A DNA stretch of 64,000 nucleotides from Crocinitomicaceae bacterium (GCA_044376455.1 JBIPMW010000308.1:8527-72526), one strand, 5' to 3'. Shown: positions 42,408 through 52,250, counted from the first letter of the stretch. A program made the numbers and translations. Notes: generated by a model from the letters alone, not told the origin.

Positions 42408-42911
42408 ATGGCTTCTTGCTTGAATTGTCAAGACAGTTTTGTTACACTGAGATTAGATAAATTTATATTAATACAAATGTTCGACACTGCTATTGGGGTT
42501 GCGGGGAAATTTCTAGAAAATCCTACGATTAAGGCTAATTCTTCTCTATCCTTTTCCGTGGCTATGGGTTCTACTATGACTACCGATAGTGTAGGCAATC
42601 CGATTATAGGCCCTACAGCGATGGAATCCGTAGTAATTGCCTGTTGGCTGCAACAGGCAAAACCTCCTATAGCGGAAGTACAAGAGGGTAGCTATCTTGA
42701 TTGTGAATACTTTGAGGGAAGATTAGTAAAGCCTAAAGATTACCCGTTCCCAATTAAGACTACAGGAGAGATACAAGTAACAATTAATGGCAGAATTGGT
42801 CTTGTTAGGCAGTTAAATGTGTTTGAGTCCCCAACAAGTCAACAGTTAGGAATCGCCGCAAAATTAGGACGCAGGATTAAACTTTATGTAAGATTTGAAC
42901 AAGGTAGTTAG
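42408..42911 (+). CDS. hypothetical protein (lone plus-strand ORF)
   Basis: 167-aa ORF. The start is uncertain, and an internal MFDTAIG is possible. Confidence 0.4.
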   Translation: MASCLNCQDSFVTLRLDKFILIQMFDTAIGVAGKFLENPTIKANSSLSFSVAMGSTMTTDSVGNPIIGPTAMESVVIACWLQQAKPPIAEVQEGSYLDCEYFEGRLVKPKDYPFPIKTTGEIQVTINGRIGLVRQLNVFESPTSQQLGIAAKLGRRIKLYVRFEQGS

Positions 42912-43069
42912 TTTTCAGAACCTTTCAAATAACCGAGGTATCCAGAAACAATTGCTGTAATAACAATGCCGTAAGTATCGCTAGTTTCAGGAGTAAAAAA
43001 AGAATGAATCAAGTAAGCAAAAACAATTAAAACACAGACAATAGATGGGTCTAATTTAAGATGTCTCAT
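42908..43069 (-). CDS. possible small membrane protein (53 aa, two hydrophobic segments)
   Basis: MRHLKLDPSIVCVLIVFAYLIHSFF..YGIVITAIVSGYLGYL. Below the track size cutoff. Confidence 0.3.
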   Translation of the reverse strand: MRHLKLDPSIVCVLIVFAYLIHSFFTPETSDTYGIVITAIVSGYLGYLKGSEN

Positions 43070-43466
43070 TGTTATCATCGTCTTCTATAAAAATTTTCTT
43101 TATGATTGGTTTGTCACTAATTATTAACTTTAATTCATCTTTATGCCATTTTGTAAAGATTGAATCGTATCCATAAATATATTTCAAACTGTCATTGACA
43201 ACAACCCCCGCTTTTTTTAGTCCATCGTTAACATATTTTGCGCTACCACAAATATTGTCAGGGTCACGCCCAAAATTCTTAATTCGCCATTCATAGAGTA
43301 GCCATACTTTATCAGGAAAACGTGGAATTTCTTGTTCTATGATAAGTTTTTGTAAATCAGCATCCCAGTCTTTTTTAGTAGTCGCACTTTTAAATTTGTT
43401 TGCACGAGCTAACCTGATCTGTTCATTGAGAGTCGGGGGGAGTGGACAGATGAAAGTTGCTTTCAT
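43056..43466 (-). CDS. RusA-like Holliday junction resolvase
   Basis: PLPPTLNE.. and ..GRDPDNICGSAKYVNDGLKKAGVVVNDS parallel the E. coli RusA motifs LPWPPSNN and [27 protein letters not shown]. Confidence 0.65.
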   Translation of the reverse strand: MKATFICPLPPTLNEQIRLARANKFKSATTKKDWDADLQKLIIEQEIPRFPDKVWLLYEWRIKNFGRDPDNICGSAKYVNDGLKKAGVVVNDSLKYIYGYDSIFTKWHKDELKLIISDKPIIKKIFIEDDDNNETS

Positions 43467-44134
43467 AAGCTTATTGGGCGATACTTTTTAAATACCATCA
43501 ACAAATCATCGGGAATTGTACCAAGTTGACCAGTTCCATAGTTAATCTTTGCCTCTTCAAAAGGCAATTCTACAGATGAAACACCTTTAAAAGAACCCGT
43601 ATTACATACCCAATCTAAAATACGACCAAAAGCCGCTTTTATTTCTCTTATTTGTCGGGTATCTTGAGAGAAATCAATGCCACTAGAATACTCCACATCA
43701 GCCTCGGAAAACTCAGGATATGGCTCACGATTATAGCCATGATAACCCCAATATCCCCACGATCTGCTGATTGCAGTAGATAAATGAATCTGACCATCGA
43801 CATCGATCATATAATCGTTAGAAGTTAAAGTCTGCCAACTGTCAGGAGCGATAGCCCGATTAAATCCATCGGTAACATTGCCTAATCTAGCTTTAATTAT
43901 CGGAGCGGGATTACTGACAATTGGAGTATTTATGCTGACATAAGTTAACCTAAAATTTTGGAATTTTAGGTTAACTCTTAGCTTTTCTCTGTGACGGGTA
44001 ATTTCTAAAGGTCGATCCGCACCTCTATCCCCCTCTACAATTGATTGAACAAAGTAAATCGCACCAGTGACGGCATCTTCTGGTAAAGATACCGATGGTG
44101 CGAATAGTAGGAGGTCATCAATGCTAAAAATCAT
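43463..44134 (-). CDS. hypothetical head-associated protein (connector or decoration candidate)
   Basis: 223-aa ORF, two genes downstream of the capsid gene. Called by synteny only. Confidence 0.4.
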   Translation of the reverse strand: MIFSIDDLLLFAPSVSLPEDAVTGAIYFVQSIVEGDRGADRPLEITRHREKLRVNLKFQNFRLTYVSINTPIVSNPAPIIKARLGNVTDGFNRAIAPDSWQTLTSNDYMIDVDGQIHLSTAISRSWGYWGYHGYNREPYPEFSEADVEYSSGIDFSQDTRQIREIKAAFGRILDWVCNTGSFKGVSSVELPFEEAKINYGTGQLGTIPDDLLMVFKKYRPISL

Positions 44135-44361
44135 TAGGAAATTTTACTCAACAAAGGACATGAGTTGTCATGAACCGGACAAAATGGACGATGATCGAGA
44201 TCAGTTCTGAGTTGACCTTTACACCGGTTACAAACTGGATAGCCCAATGCTTTCAGATTGTTATAAGTAACCTCATTGGTTCCATTTGTCGGGGGAATGT
44301 TTTTAGTTCCACTTGTTGCAATAGATGGAGTTTCTTCGATGGTGGTTTCTTTGCTTGCCAT
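44134..44361 (-). CDS. small zinc-ribbon protein
   Basis: CNRCKG...CPVHDNSC. 75 aa. Confidence 0.5.
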   Translation of the reverse strand: MASKETTIEETPSIATSGTKNIPPTNGTNEVTYNNLKALGYPVCNRCKGQLRTDLDHRPFCPVHDNSCPLLSKIS

Positions 44362-44381
44362 AATTGTTAGAGAGATAAGAT

Positions 44382-46352
44382 TTATACAGCCACGTCTAAA
44401 GTGCGTAATTCAGCTACTCGTAACTGTTGAGAAGCTTCACCGGTACCCACGGGGTCAACGTCTAGGGTTTTGTAACCAAGCCACGCTAACCAAGTTGCCC
44501 GAATCCGACGATCAAATTGAGTGACATTATCAAAAGTGATTTGAAACGGCATCCCTACACCAACACCTAACGCACCGGCTCCGATTAAATAACCAGTACG
44601 GGTAGTTTTAGCACCTAAAGAACCGCCTAATGTTTCACTCTGGACACCAGGTTGACCAGCCGCTCCGACCCCGACACTATTGCCAGTTTCAAAGATATGG
44701 AATTTTTCTACCAACCCTAAATATGAGCTAACCCTTCCAGTATCCCCAGGGGGAATATAAGACGGATTGAGAATATTTAGTAAAGCGTCAAGATCGCGAG
44801 TCGTATTTGCTTGCCAATCGTCATCATAACTCTCTTTTAATTGCAGAATTTGAGTCGAATTTAGGAATAACAAATACGTCTGGTCAGGGTACATTTGGAA
44901 CCTGTTATCGTGGGCATATTGATATGATCGCTGCAAGAATCCTTTGGTAAAAGTTCCATCATCTCCTGTTGCTGATAGTCCAGTAGGAGAAGTAACGAGA
45001 CTACCTTTTTTGTTGTAAAGATGCAAAGACGTGCTATCAAGCATAGTTTTGATCATGGTATTATCAAAACTTGCATAGTCGTAATACAGCGTATTCTGCA
45101 TCCAATCAATCATTCCCATCGCACTAAAATATTCAGTGAAAGCTGGGATAGAAACAGGTCGGATTGCAGTAGAAGCCCCTACCTTACCTCTTCCGTACTC
45201 AAAGATTTCTGCCGATACGCTAGATGCACTATTATTATCTGATTCAGAAGTCAGATCAGCGTACTCACCCTTTCCTGATAGTTGGTAATCACTTACTGAC
45301 GGGGAACTCATCAGGTAATTTAATCGGGGAATTCGGATAACAGTTCCATTACGAGCCGTAAAGTCTAAGGCATAATTAGGAATCTGCCAAAATGCAAACC
45401 CAGGGATTTGGGTTGTACGGAGAATTGCTGACAAAGTATCAAGAAAAAACGGAGGCAAATCCGCCGCAGTCGTTGGGGCATTTTTTGAAACTTGACCGCC
45501 CATTACAGGAGCCGAACGAGTCCCCCTGAACCAGCCTTGTTTGCGACCCCAATCATCTAAAGAGTTGACAATCTGTTGCCGGTTATTTTTAACATGGCGA
45601 TCTAATCGTACTTTATCGTACAAGTTTACTGTCTGATTACCGCCCATTACAGGAGCCGAATAGATTACACCAGAATTTTTCTGAATGTCTTCAATCAAAC
45701 CAAAGGTTTCGTCAAGCGCACCTGTAATTTTATCAGCATCATGGGCGACGGTTTTATTGATGTTAGGGAACTGCATTTTTTCTGGTGTTTGGCTACCGTA
45801 AAGCTTTCCTAAGTCAGCAAAATTATTAATCGTCTTTTCTGACTCAGTGACTTTAGTTTCTAGTTGAGTGATTTTTTCATTAGATTTTTGGATAGCTTCC
45901 GCAGCAGAATTAAGAGAAGCTTCTAAGGCAGCTTTCGTAGCCTCAAACTGTTGCTTTTGTGCTTCTAATGCCGATTGTTTTTCCGATTCCATTGCTTGCT
46001 GTACCGATGCTACGGTTGCTGTCACAGTATTTTGTACAAGCTCTTGAAGCATTTTAGGGTCAAAAACTGGCGCAGGGGCAGTAGCGGGAGTGGTAGCAGG
46101 TTCGTCGGAGTCAGAATTTTTAACTGGCACGCCACTGCTATCAGAGGGCTTTAAGTCACCTCGAAAAGCCGCTTTTTTAGTCAAGGTAAAGACTTCCTCT
46201 TGAGAAGGAGTATCACTTCCTTCTACTGAATCTTTAATAACTACGGGAGTAACCCGCTTAATTTCTTTTAGGGTATTTTTCATTACCGATTGCTGATCAC
46301 TAACTATTAAATACAATTGTAGTACAGAACTTTCTGTTTTAGGAAAAAACAA
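44382..46352 (-). CDS. putative major capsid protein with N-terminal scaffold-like coiled coil
   Basis: 656 aa. Residues about 100-190 form an A/E/Q/K coiled coil. The C-terminal part (about 450 aa) lies directly after the protease-like gene. The start may be the internal MKNTLKEI at 46283. Confidence 0.55.
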   Translation of the reverse strand: MFFPKTESSVLQLYLIVSDQQSVMKNTLKEIKRVTPVVIKDSVEGSDTPSQEEVFTLTKKAAFRGDLKPSDSSGVPVKNSDSDEPATTPATAPAPVFDPKMLQELVQNTVTATVASVQQAMESEKQSALEAQKQQFEATKAALEASLNSAAEAIQKSNEKITQLETKVTESEKTINNFADLGKLYGSQTPEKMQFPNINKTVAHDADKITGALDETFGLIEDIQKNSGVIYSAPVMGGNQTVNLYDKVRLDRHVKNNRQQIVNSLDDWGRKQGWFRGTRSAPVMGGQVSKNAPTTAADLPPFFLDTLSAILRTTQIPGFAFWQIPNYALDFTARNGTVIRIPRLNYLMSSPSVSDYQLSGKGEYADLTSESDNNSASSVSAEIFEYGRGKVGASTAIRPVSIPAFTEYFSAMGMIDWMQNTLYYDYASFDNTMIKTMLDSTSLHLYNKKGSLVTSPTGLSATGDDGTFTKGFLQRSYQYAHDNRFQMYPDQTYLLFLNSTQILQLKESYDDDWQANTTRDLDALLNILNPSYIPPGDTGRVSSYLGLVEKFHIFETGNSVGVGAAGQPGVQSETLGGSLGAKTTRTGYLIGAGALGVGVGMPFQITFDNVTQFDRRIRATWLAWLGYKTLDVDPVGTGEASQQLRVAELRTLDVAV

Positions 46353-47058
46353 AAGTATTAAGACGAGAATCTACTAATCTCGCTTGACGACAAGCGCCAG
46401 TGGCAACGAAACTGCATTCGACGGATTCCATCTTCCCGGATCGGCGGTAATAAGAGGTTAACATTTCTTCATCTACTAATCCCGCCATATATGGGGGGTA
46501 ATGGGGGCATTTAGGATCACTATATGGAATATCACAGATAGGACAAATTGATTCACCGTAGAAAATTCCCCCCATTGAAATATTGGCTTTACGCCCGTAA
46601 AAAATTTCTGAAACAACTGGGTGAGTTGCTTCTACGAAACCAAAAACCAAGACCTGATGATAACCGGTTTTTTGAATAATTCGATAATCTTCGTTCGGAT
46701 TAGGGGATTTTTCGAGGATTTTTGTTATCCCTTCTTTACTTACGCTGGGTAAGGAATAAATAAAAGAATCGTAGATCATCCCAAAAGTTTTAGTTTGATC
46801 GTCCCATTCGTGATCAATCATAAACGAACATTCGGGAAAACTAGCCACCATAGTTTCTAGTGCATTTTTATCCCATACCTGTCCAGAACTGTGAATTAAA
46901 TTATTTGAGGCAATCACACAAAATCGGATTATTTCCGATGATTCCCACGGATCGAGTCCGTAGGGTTTAAATTGGTTGATTAATTGCATCTCGTCATCAG
47001 TGGGATGACGGGTCTGTAGCAGGCTTTCTAATTCAGCGCGGGTTAATTTTAGTTCCAT
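46339..47058 (-). CDS. putative HK97-type prohead protease with Cys-rich insertion
   Basis: ..SSGQVWDKNALETMVASFPECSFMIDHEWDDQTKTFGMIYDS.. and ..ECSFVATGACRQA.. resemble S78/U35 protease motifs. Start moved to MELKLTRAEL. Confidence 0.5.
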   Translation of the reverse strand: MELKLTRAELESLLQTRHPTDDEMQLINQFKPYGLDPWESSEIIRFCVIASNNLIHSSGQVWDKNALETMVASFPECSFMIDHEWDDQTKTFGMIYDSFIYSLPSVSKEGITKILEKSPNPNEDYRIIQKTGYHQVLVFGFVEATHPVVSEIFYGRKANISMGGIFYGESICPICDIPYSDPKCPHYPPYMAGLVDEEMLTSYYRRSGKMESVECSFVATGACRQARLVDSRLNTFVFS

Positions 47059-47212
47059 AGCAATAAAAAATACTTTACAAACAATTCTATCTAAAGACTT
47101 GACGTTTATGGTTAGTTGATGTATATTAATAGAGTGTAGTTTCCATCCAAAACTATAAATAGCCAATTTCAATATAAAGTTTTCGTCTCCATAAGAAGTC
47201 TATAGTTTATCT

Positions 47213-47245
47213 AGCGTGGAAGTGGCCTCCACGCTTTTTTATTTT
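47213..47245 (+). terminator. intrinsic terminator with U-tract on the plus strand
   Basis: AGCGTGGA-agtggcc-TCCACGCT followed by TTTTTTATTTT. On the minus strand it follows the stop codon of 47239-47883 but has no U-tract. Confidence 0.6.
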
Positions 47246-47883
47246 GTCCATCCAAAATTTAACGAGAGCATATTCTGGGTAGGGCGTGTCCTAGAATTAG
47301 AAAAAACAAAATAACAGCCACAATTAGCCCGACAGGTACATTTCTCGGTCGGTCGGGGGAGTGTCCCTATCGGTTGCCAGCCGGCACTCTCATAAAAAAG
47401 GCACTCTTGGCAAGACTCTCTTTTGGTAATTATTCTCTTTTCCCACTTGTTGATTAGAGCGTGTCCTCTTCTATTTCCCTCTTCAAAAGCTTCCCTAGAC
47501 TTAGCAACATACATCTTAGAGCGGTTGATTATTTGAGCCTCTGATTGAGTGCCAAGAATAATATCACGGGAAAACTTTCTTAATCGTGCGTATTGAGTGC
47601 GAAGCATCTGACCGATTCTACCGTAGTCAGAAGCGTTCATATCGGGCTTGCCGATTCGATAAAGTTGAATAGTTAAGTCTTTAATTTCAAGAGACATTTT
47701 TTCTTCCCACTCACTGACAGTTATTTTTTTTTGCAAAAGGTCGCGGGTAATACTATCTGTCTTTTGGATACGGGTATTAATAGTTTGTTGGGAGATTTGT
47801 CTAACTTTTTCAGTAGAGACAAATCTCCCCGTTCGATTATCTCGATAGCGTCGGGTCGCGGGGTTAAAGGAAAAATCATTCAT
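47239..47883 (-). CDS. putative head morphogenesis (SPP1 gp7 / Mu F-like) protein
   Basis: 214 aa. The C-terminal Cys cluster CQEC..CTCRANCGCYF resembles the family HPNCRC region. It lies between the portal and the protease. Confidence 0.5.
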   Translation of the reverse strand: MNDFSFNPATRRYRDNRTGRFVSTEKVRQISQQTINTRIQKTDSITRDLLQKKITVSEWEEKMSLEIKDLTIQLYRIGKPDMNASDYGRIGQMLRTQYARLRKFSRDIILGTQSEAQIINRSKMYVAKSREAFEEGNRRGHALINKWEKRIITKRESCQECLFYESAGWQPIGTLPRPTEKCTCRANCGCYFVFSNSRTRPTQNMLSLNFGWTK

Positions 47884-48046
47884 AGCTTATTTCAGGTTCT
47901 AATAGATTCTTAAATTCGTCATCCGGAGGTTTCTTTTTCCAGTCATCGATAGCTTTCTGAATGTCGTCATCTGTTACTTCGGCTCTCTCTAGTAATCGAG
48001 CAACTGGTTGTAGGTTTTTATCTTCTGGGTTGAATTTATCTGTCAT
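47876..48046 (-). CDS. possible small acidic protein (56 aa)
   Basis: It fills the gap exactly. Its stop overlaps the next start (ATGAATGA). Confidence 0.4.
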   Translation of the reverse strand: MTDKFNPEDKNLQPVARLLERAEVTDDDIQKAIDDWKKKPPDDEFKNLLEPEISYE

Positions 48047-48047
48047 G

Positions 48048-48449
48048 CTATTTGTATAGTAGTATTTTTCTGGTTTTAGCTTCTTTGATTAGCCGATCAC
48101 AAACATCACGCGAAGTATGTCCATCCCATTCAGGAGCTTTATAAACCCATACGCAATTAGGAATTAAATCTGCAAATTTTATCGGTAAATGATAGGTAAT
48201 CATTCCGCTATTCAATTTACAGCCCGCAATAAACCATCCTTCCCACACAGTCTCGTCGCTGTGACAATAAGAGGCAAACGAAAAAGCTGGCAGTAATCCG
48301 ATTAGCTGAATAAATAAAAGACATCGATGGTCATAAAGTTCTTCAAAAGTGTGGTATCCATCTGAAACCTTACTAGGGTCGCAAGGTATAAAGTTATCGT
48401 TGACTGTAATTCCTTCTGTCATGGTGTTATTTGTCTCCCAGTCCGTCAT
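48048..48449 (-). CDS. hypothetical protein (SDGYHTFEELYDHR ... WDGHT family)
   Basis: 133-aa ORF. The motif pair recurs in phage hypothetical proteins (from memory). Confidence 0.55.
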   Translation of the reverse strand: MTDWETNNTMTEGITVNDNFIPCDPSKVSDGYHTFEELYDHRCLLFIQLIGLLPAFSFASYCHSDETVWEGWFIAGCKLNSGMITYHLPIKFADLIPNCVWVYKAPEWDGHTSRDVCDRLIKEAKTRKILLYK

Positions 48450-48651
48450 AAACTAATTCTTGGATGTTTTCTGATTTATTAAGTTTAGCTATTAGATTAC
48501 GGTTTTTAACTTCTAACATTTTTACCTTTAATTTTAATCTTTCATAATCAAGCATCAGATTGTCGTATGAGTCAGTTAATTCGGCGTATTCGGCTCTCAA
48601 GTCTTCGATACTCAAATCTTCGATAATAGCGTCAAAGTTATTGTCATTCAT
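48427..48651 (-). CDS. hypothetical coiled-coil protein
   Basis: 74-aa ORF. Confidence 0.5.
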   Translation of the reverse strand: MNDNNFDAIIEDLSIEDLRAEYAELTDSYDNLMLDYERLKLKVKMLEVKNRNLIAKLNKSENIQELVYDGLGDK

Positions 48652-48673
48652 GAATTTTCTCTTTAAATTAAAT

Positions 48674-48700
48674 AATAACTCTTGACAGTCAAGAGTTATT
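48674..48700 (-). terminator. 27-bp perfect palindrome (possible terminator and/or -35 carrier)
   Basis: AATAACTCTTGAC-a-GTCAAGAGTTATT followed by ATTTAATTT on the minus strand. It contains TTGAC in both orientations. Confidence 0.45.
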
Positions 48701-48722
48701 TCTTGTCAGTTCCCTAATCCAC

Positions 48723-48878
48723 TTACGCTTCTGTTTCTGCTTTGTTAAGTTCGCCGATCTGAGCTTTTAGCTTAGACACCTCGTCTTTTAAAGCTTCAAT
48801 AACCTCCAGTTCGGTCATATTGGCGACTCGAATATTATCATTAGAATCGGGAACAACATAAGCTTTTAGATTTGTCAT
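48723..48878 (-). CDS. possible small protein (51 aa)
   Basis: MTNLKAYVVPDSNDNIRVANMTELEVIEALKDEVSKLKAQIGEL.. with AAGAGG upstream. Below the track size cutoff. Confidence 0.4.
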   Translation of the reverse strand: MTNLKAYVVPDSNDNIRVANMTELEVIEALKDEVSKLKAQIGELNKAETEA

Positions 48879-48912
48879 AGTTACCTCTTGGCTTTACTGT
48901 ATTTTATCAAAT

Positions 48913-49809
48913 TTAAAACAGTTTTAACTGTAATGGAGAATTATCTACTGGTTCTTCTATCGGTTCATCTGGAATATGTTCTATAGGTTGGTTCAATCTA
49001 TTACAGGCTATTCGATAATATTCTAGTTCTTTCTCGATACAGATATAATTTCTACCTAATTCTTTGCAAGCTAAGGCAGTAGTACCAGAACCACAAAAAG
49101 GGTCTAAGACTGTCCCACCGGGAGGAGTTAACATTTCTACTAACCGTTTCATTACTTCTATCGGCTTTTCTGTAGGATGATTATAAGATTGTTTTTGGCA
49201 TCTACCATCACTAAACACAGGAGGCAAAAAAGACCACACATTTGTGTAGTTAGAATCGTCTATATTTATACGCCTGTGTTCTTTTCCGAGGTTTCTCGTT
49301 GAGCTACTAAACTGCCCTAAGTGATTACATTTATGTATCCTATTGCTTTTTCCAGTTCTTAAATCGCTTATAGTTCTCTGTATTGCTTGAATAGTAATAA
49401 CGTCAAACAATATACCAGGTATTTTTACGTCTTCATATCGTCCGGTCTGTTTAAAATACCTTTTACTTGAATCTTGAGCATATATAAAAATACTCTCATG
49501 TTTACGCTTTAATCTTGGCTGTACAGGCATCTCTGTCCTTTTTACCCATGAGATATGCTTGCAATGATGCAATTTTTCATCATTAGCCGAATTAATCCAA
49601 TTAACCATCGTTGGCATTTGTCCAAAAAAGCAATAAAAGCCATTGGTAACTCGTTTTACTTCTCTGGTAAACAATGGAATATCAATTACAGAATCCCATT
49701 TAGCCAATCCAATGCCATACGGCGGATCAGTTATCACGGCATCTATTGAATTATCAGGAATTTGTTGTAAAATATCAAAACAATCACCGTGAATAATTTG
49801 ATTAATCAT
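48913..49809 (-). CDS. DNA methyltransferase, beta-class (N6-adenine or N4-cytosine)
   Basis: Motif IV ITDPPYGIG is N-terminal and motif I LDPFCGSGTT is C-terminal. Confidence 0.9.
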   Translation of the reverse strand: MINQIIHGDCFDILQQIPDNSIDAVITDPPYGIGLAKWDSVIDIPLFTREVKRVTNGFYCFFGQMPTMVNWINSANDEKLHHCKHISWVKRTEMPVQPRLKRKHESIFIYAQDSSKRYFKQTGRYEDVKIPGILFDVITIQAIQRTISDLRTGKSNRIHKCNHLGQFSSSTRNLGKEHRRINIDDSNYTNVWSFLPPVFSDGRCQKQSYNHPTEKPIEVMKRLVEMLTPPGGTVLDPFCGSGTTALACKELGRNYICIEKELEYYRIACNRLNQPIEHIPDEPIEEPVDNSPLQLKLF

Positions 49810-51076
49810 TTTGATTTATATTTAATTTTTTAACAGGTTGTTTATTAGTTTCTTCATCGCTTAAATCAGAATCATTGTCCTCAACTTCTCCCCCTGACAT
49901 ACCATCGATAGACTCACTCCATTCTGGCCACAATATCCGATATTTATTTCTAGCATTTTCAGTATAAAAATCTAATCCTTTTCTGAGAATGATTTCTGTA
50001 TCGATCACCTGCTTAATCGCACCACTAAGAAGCTGACACCATCCGTATCGCATCCTAGAATACCGACGATCAGGCGACCGGGATAATTCTTTAGTTCCCC
50101 CTTTTGACTCTAATCCCGGAAAGAAATAGGTAGGGAACCCGGGGATAATTAGCTTGTATCGGCATTGTAAAAGAGTGTCGACTAACCCTGTTAAATCAGA
50201 GTTAAAATTAGCCATTTTGCGAATATCTTGACCGGGAAACTTGAGAACATGATCGGTTATAATACCACTTTTCCTACGGATTCCTAAGTCTCGTTCGTAA
50301 CTCTCAGACTGTTCTCTAGATACTCCTGGCATGATATGAAGAGTCGGGGAAACTCCTAAGTCATTAGATGCCCTAATTAAATTATCAAAAGCCTGCTTAA
50401 CATCAGCCCAAGCATCTAATGAAGCTAACCAAAGAGAGCGACCGTAAAGGAAATCAGGTTCATGGCGAATATGGCAGATTTTATAAGGTTCAAAAAAATA
50501 ATCAGGGTCAGACTCCGAAACGTATTTTCTTTGCTCAAATCCTATTAATTCCCCTTGATCTGTTTCTTTTCTAAACATCTCAAAGGTAGGTAGATAAAGA
50601 GTCTTTGCTACACAGAAATCTTTAGACTTGTTGGCAGATAAACCTTCTCGCTCGATACCTAACTCTAGAAAACATTCCCCTTTTCCTAATGCCCATCTTA
50701 GGGCTTTCTTGAGTCTATCCCCACCAATGACATAGGTTGAAAAATTTTGTTTCCTTAACCTAATATCTTCTGCAATAGCAAACACTTCTGGGTTAATAGG
50801 AGTTTCTTCATCGTCAAGGGTTTTGGCTATTATCCATCCTTGATCATCCCCATCGTCGGATGCAAAGGTATCAGAAGCGGCCATGTCTAAGGCATGGATC
50901 ACTTCATAACACCATTGATTAAGTTCAATCAATTCTCTCGATATTCTCGGGTCACGGATAGGATTTTCCGTAATCTCTAGATCGTACCGACGCGATACCG
51001 ACACGATCCCCGGTGAGGACAGGGAACGCTGAGAACCTCTTAATGCCTTATCATCCTTTTTCTTCTTTTTTGCCAT
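49802..51076 (-). CDS. putative portal protein
   Basis: 424 aa. First gene of the head block, with a basic N-terminus and an acidic C-terminus. Called by size and synteny only. Confidence 0.5.
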   Translation of the reverse strand: MAKKKKKDDKALRGSQRSLSSPGIVSVSRRYDLEITENPIRDPRISRELIELNQWCYEVIHALDMAASDTFASDDGDDQGWIIAKTLDDEETPINPEVFAIAEDIRLRKQNFSTYVIGGDRLKKALRWALGKGECFLELGIEREGLSANKSKDFCVAKTLYLPTFEMFRKETDQGELIGFEQRKYVSESDPDYFFEPYKICHIRHEPDFLYGRSLWLASLDAWADVKQAFDNLIRASNDLGVSPTLHIMPGVSREQSESYERDLGIRRKSGIITDHVLKFPGQDIRKMANFNSDLTGLVDTLLQCRYKLIIPGFPTYFFPGLESKGGTKELSRSPDRRYSRMRYGWCQLLSGAIKQVIDTEIILRKGLDFYTENARNKYRILWPEWSESIDGMSGGEVEDNDSDLSDEETNKQPVKKLNINQND

Positions 51077-51166
51077 TGGGAAAGCCGCGTACTATTTCTA
51101 TGATATAAGAAAAAAGACCATTTTGTTAATGGTCTTTCTTAAATCACCCAAGTAGAAATCTAAATA

Positions 51167-51436
51167 TTATAAAAATCTATCGAATGTCCCATCGCTCCGC
51201 AAAACTTTTCTTTCGTCAATATCGTCACTGGAAAAAAATAAATCGGTAACTATTGCTTGCATTAAGACCTTAGCTGCTTTATTGGATATTGTAATTCCCA
51301 CTTTTGAGGTCGCATCCACTACATAATTATCCCCTACGGGACAATGAGTAATTGTAACAATCTTGTAACAGTTGATAAACTCTAGATAACTATCTACGGT
51401 TTCTAAAATCAACGGACGAAATTCTCTTGTATCCAT
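51167..51436 (-). CDS. hypothetical protein
   Basis: 89-aa ORF. Confidence 0.5.
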   Translation of the reverse strand: MDTREFRPLILETVDSYLEFINCYKIVTITHCPVGDNYVVDATSKVGITISNKAAKVLMQAIVTDLFFSSDDIDERKVLRSDGTFDRFL

Positions 51437-51491
51437 GATAACCTCTTAACCTAACTAAATATTACAGATTACTTTTTGAATTGTCAAGATT

Positions 51492-52250
51492 TTAAATAAA
51501 TCTTAAAGCCCTTTCATAATACCGTTTTCTTTCAGCTAGTCCATTTGTACCACCGTTGACGCGACGGGTGATTTGTTCTACCGTTGCCCCACGGTCACAA
51601 AGTTCATTTATTTTGTTGTTCATCCACCAAAACCCAGAAGGTAAAAACAAATATCTTTCTGATACATATTTCCACCCTTCCATAACACGCTGATCGCCTA
51701 TATGATTAGCAAATAACTGGTAATTGGCTCTGCCAGTCATTTGTAAAGCGTCCACACCTCGAAATTTTTTACCATCACCGGGACGGGTATTTCCCAAGTC
51801 TCTGCGACCTTCATAGTTTGAGCCGTCATGAATTTCTACTAAGAATCTTAATCCGGCTGATTCATGGGCTATTTGGCTTAAAAAATGACGGACTCTTGGT
51901 AACGTAACAATGTCAAATCTTTTAAGACATTCATCTAATTTTTTAAACTGGAAATCAGTAATCTTATCGTTAAACCTATCAAACACGCCCTCAACTTGAT
52001 CCTTGCGGACTACGATAGGATTAGGGTCGTCAAAGTGACTAACAAAAGCGTACCAATTAAATCTACCTTCAATTGGAGGTTTTATTTCTAGTAAATGATG
52101 GTTTTTTTCTGTTTTAATAATTTTATTATAAATCACTTTTTGTCCAGCTTTAATCAGGATTGATCTAAAATCTTGGGGAAGACTTTCAGAACTAGAGTCG
52201 ATTAGGTGAGACTTTAAGATAGTGTTGCGATTTGCTGTTAGGGATTTCAT
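51492..52250 (-). CDS. endolysin, GH19 (chitinase-like lysozyme) catalytic domain with N-terminal extra domain
   Basis: FLSQIAHESAGLRFLVE..YEGRRDLGNTRPGDGKKFRGVDALQMTGRANY..RRVNGGTNGL. Confidence 0.85.
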   Translation of the reverse strand: MKSLTANRNTILKSHLIDSSSESLPQDFRSILIKAGQKVIYNKIIKTEKNHHLLEIKPPIEGRFNWYAFVSHFDDPNPIVVRKDQVEGVFDRFNDKITDFQFKKLDECLKRFDIVTLPRVRHFLSQIAHESAGLRFLVEIHDGSNYEGRRDLGNTRPGDGKKFRGVDALQMTGRANYQLFANHIGDQRVMEGWKYVSERYLFLPSGFWWMNNKINELCDRGATVEQITRRVNGGTNGLAERKRYYERALRFI

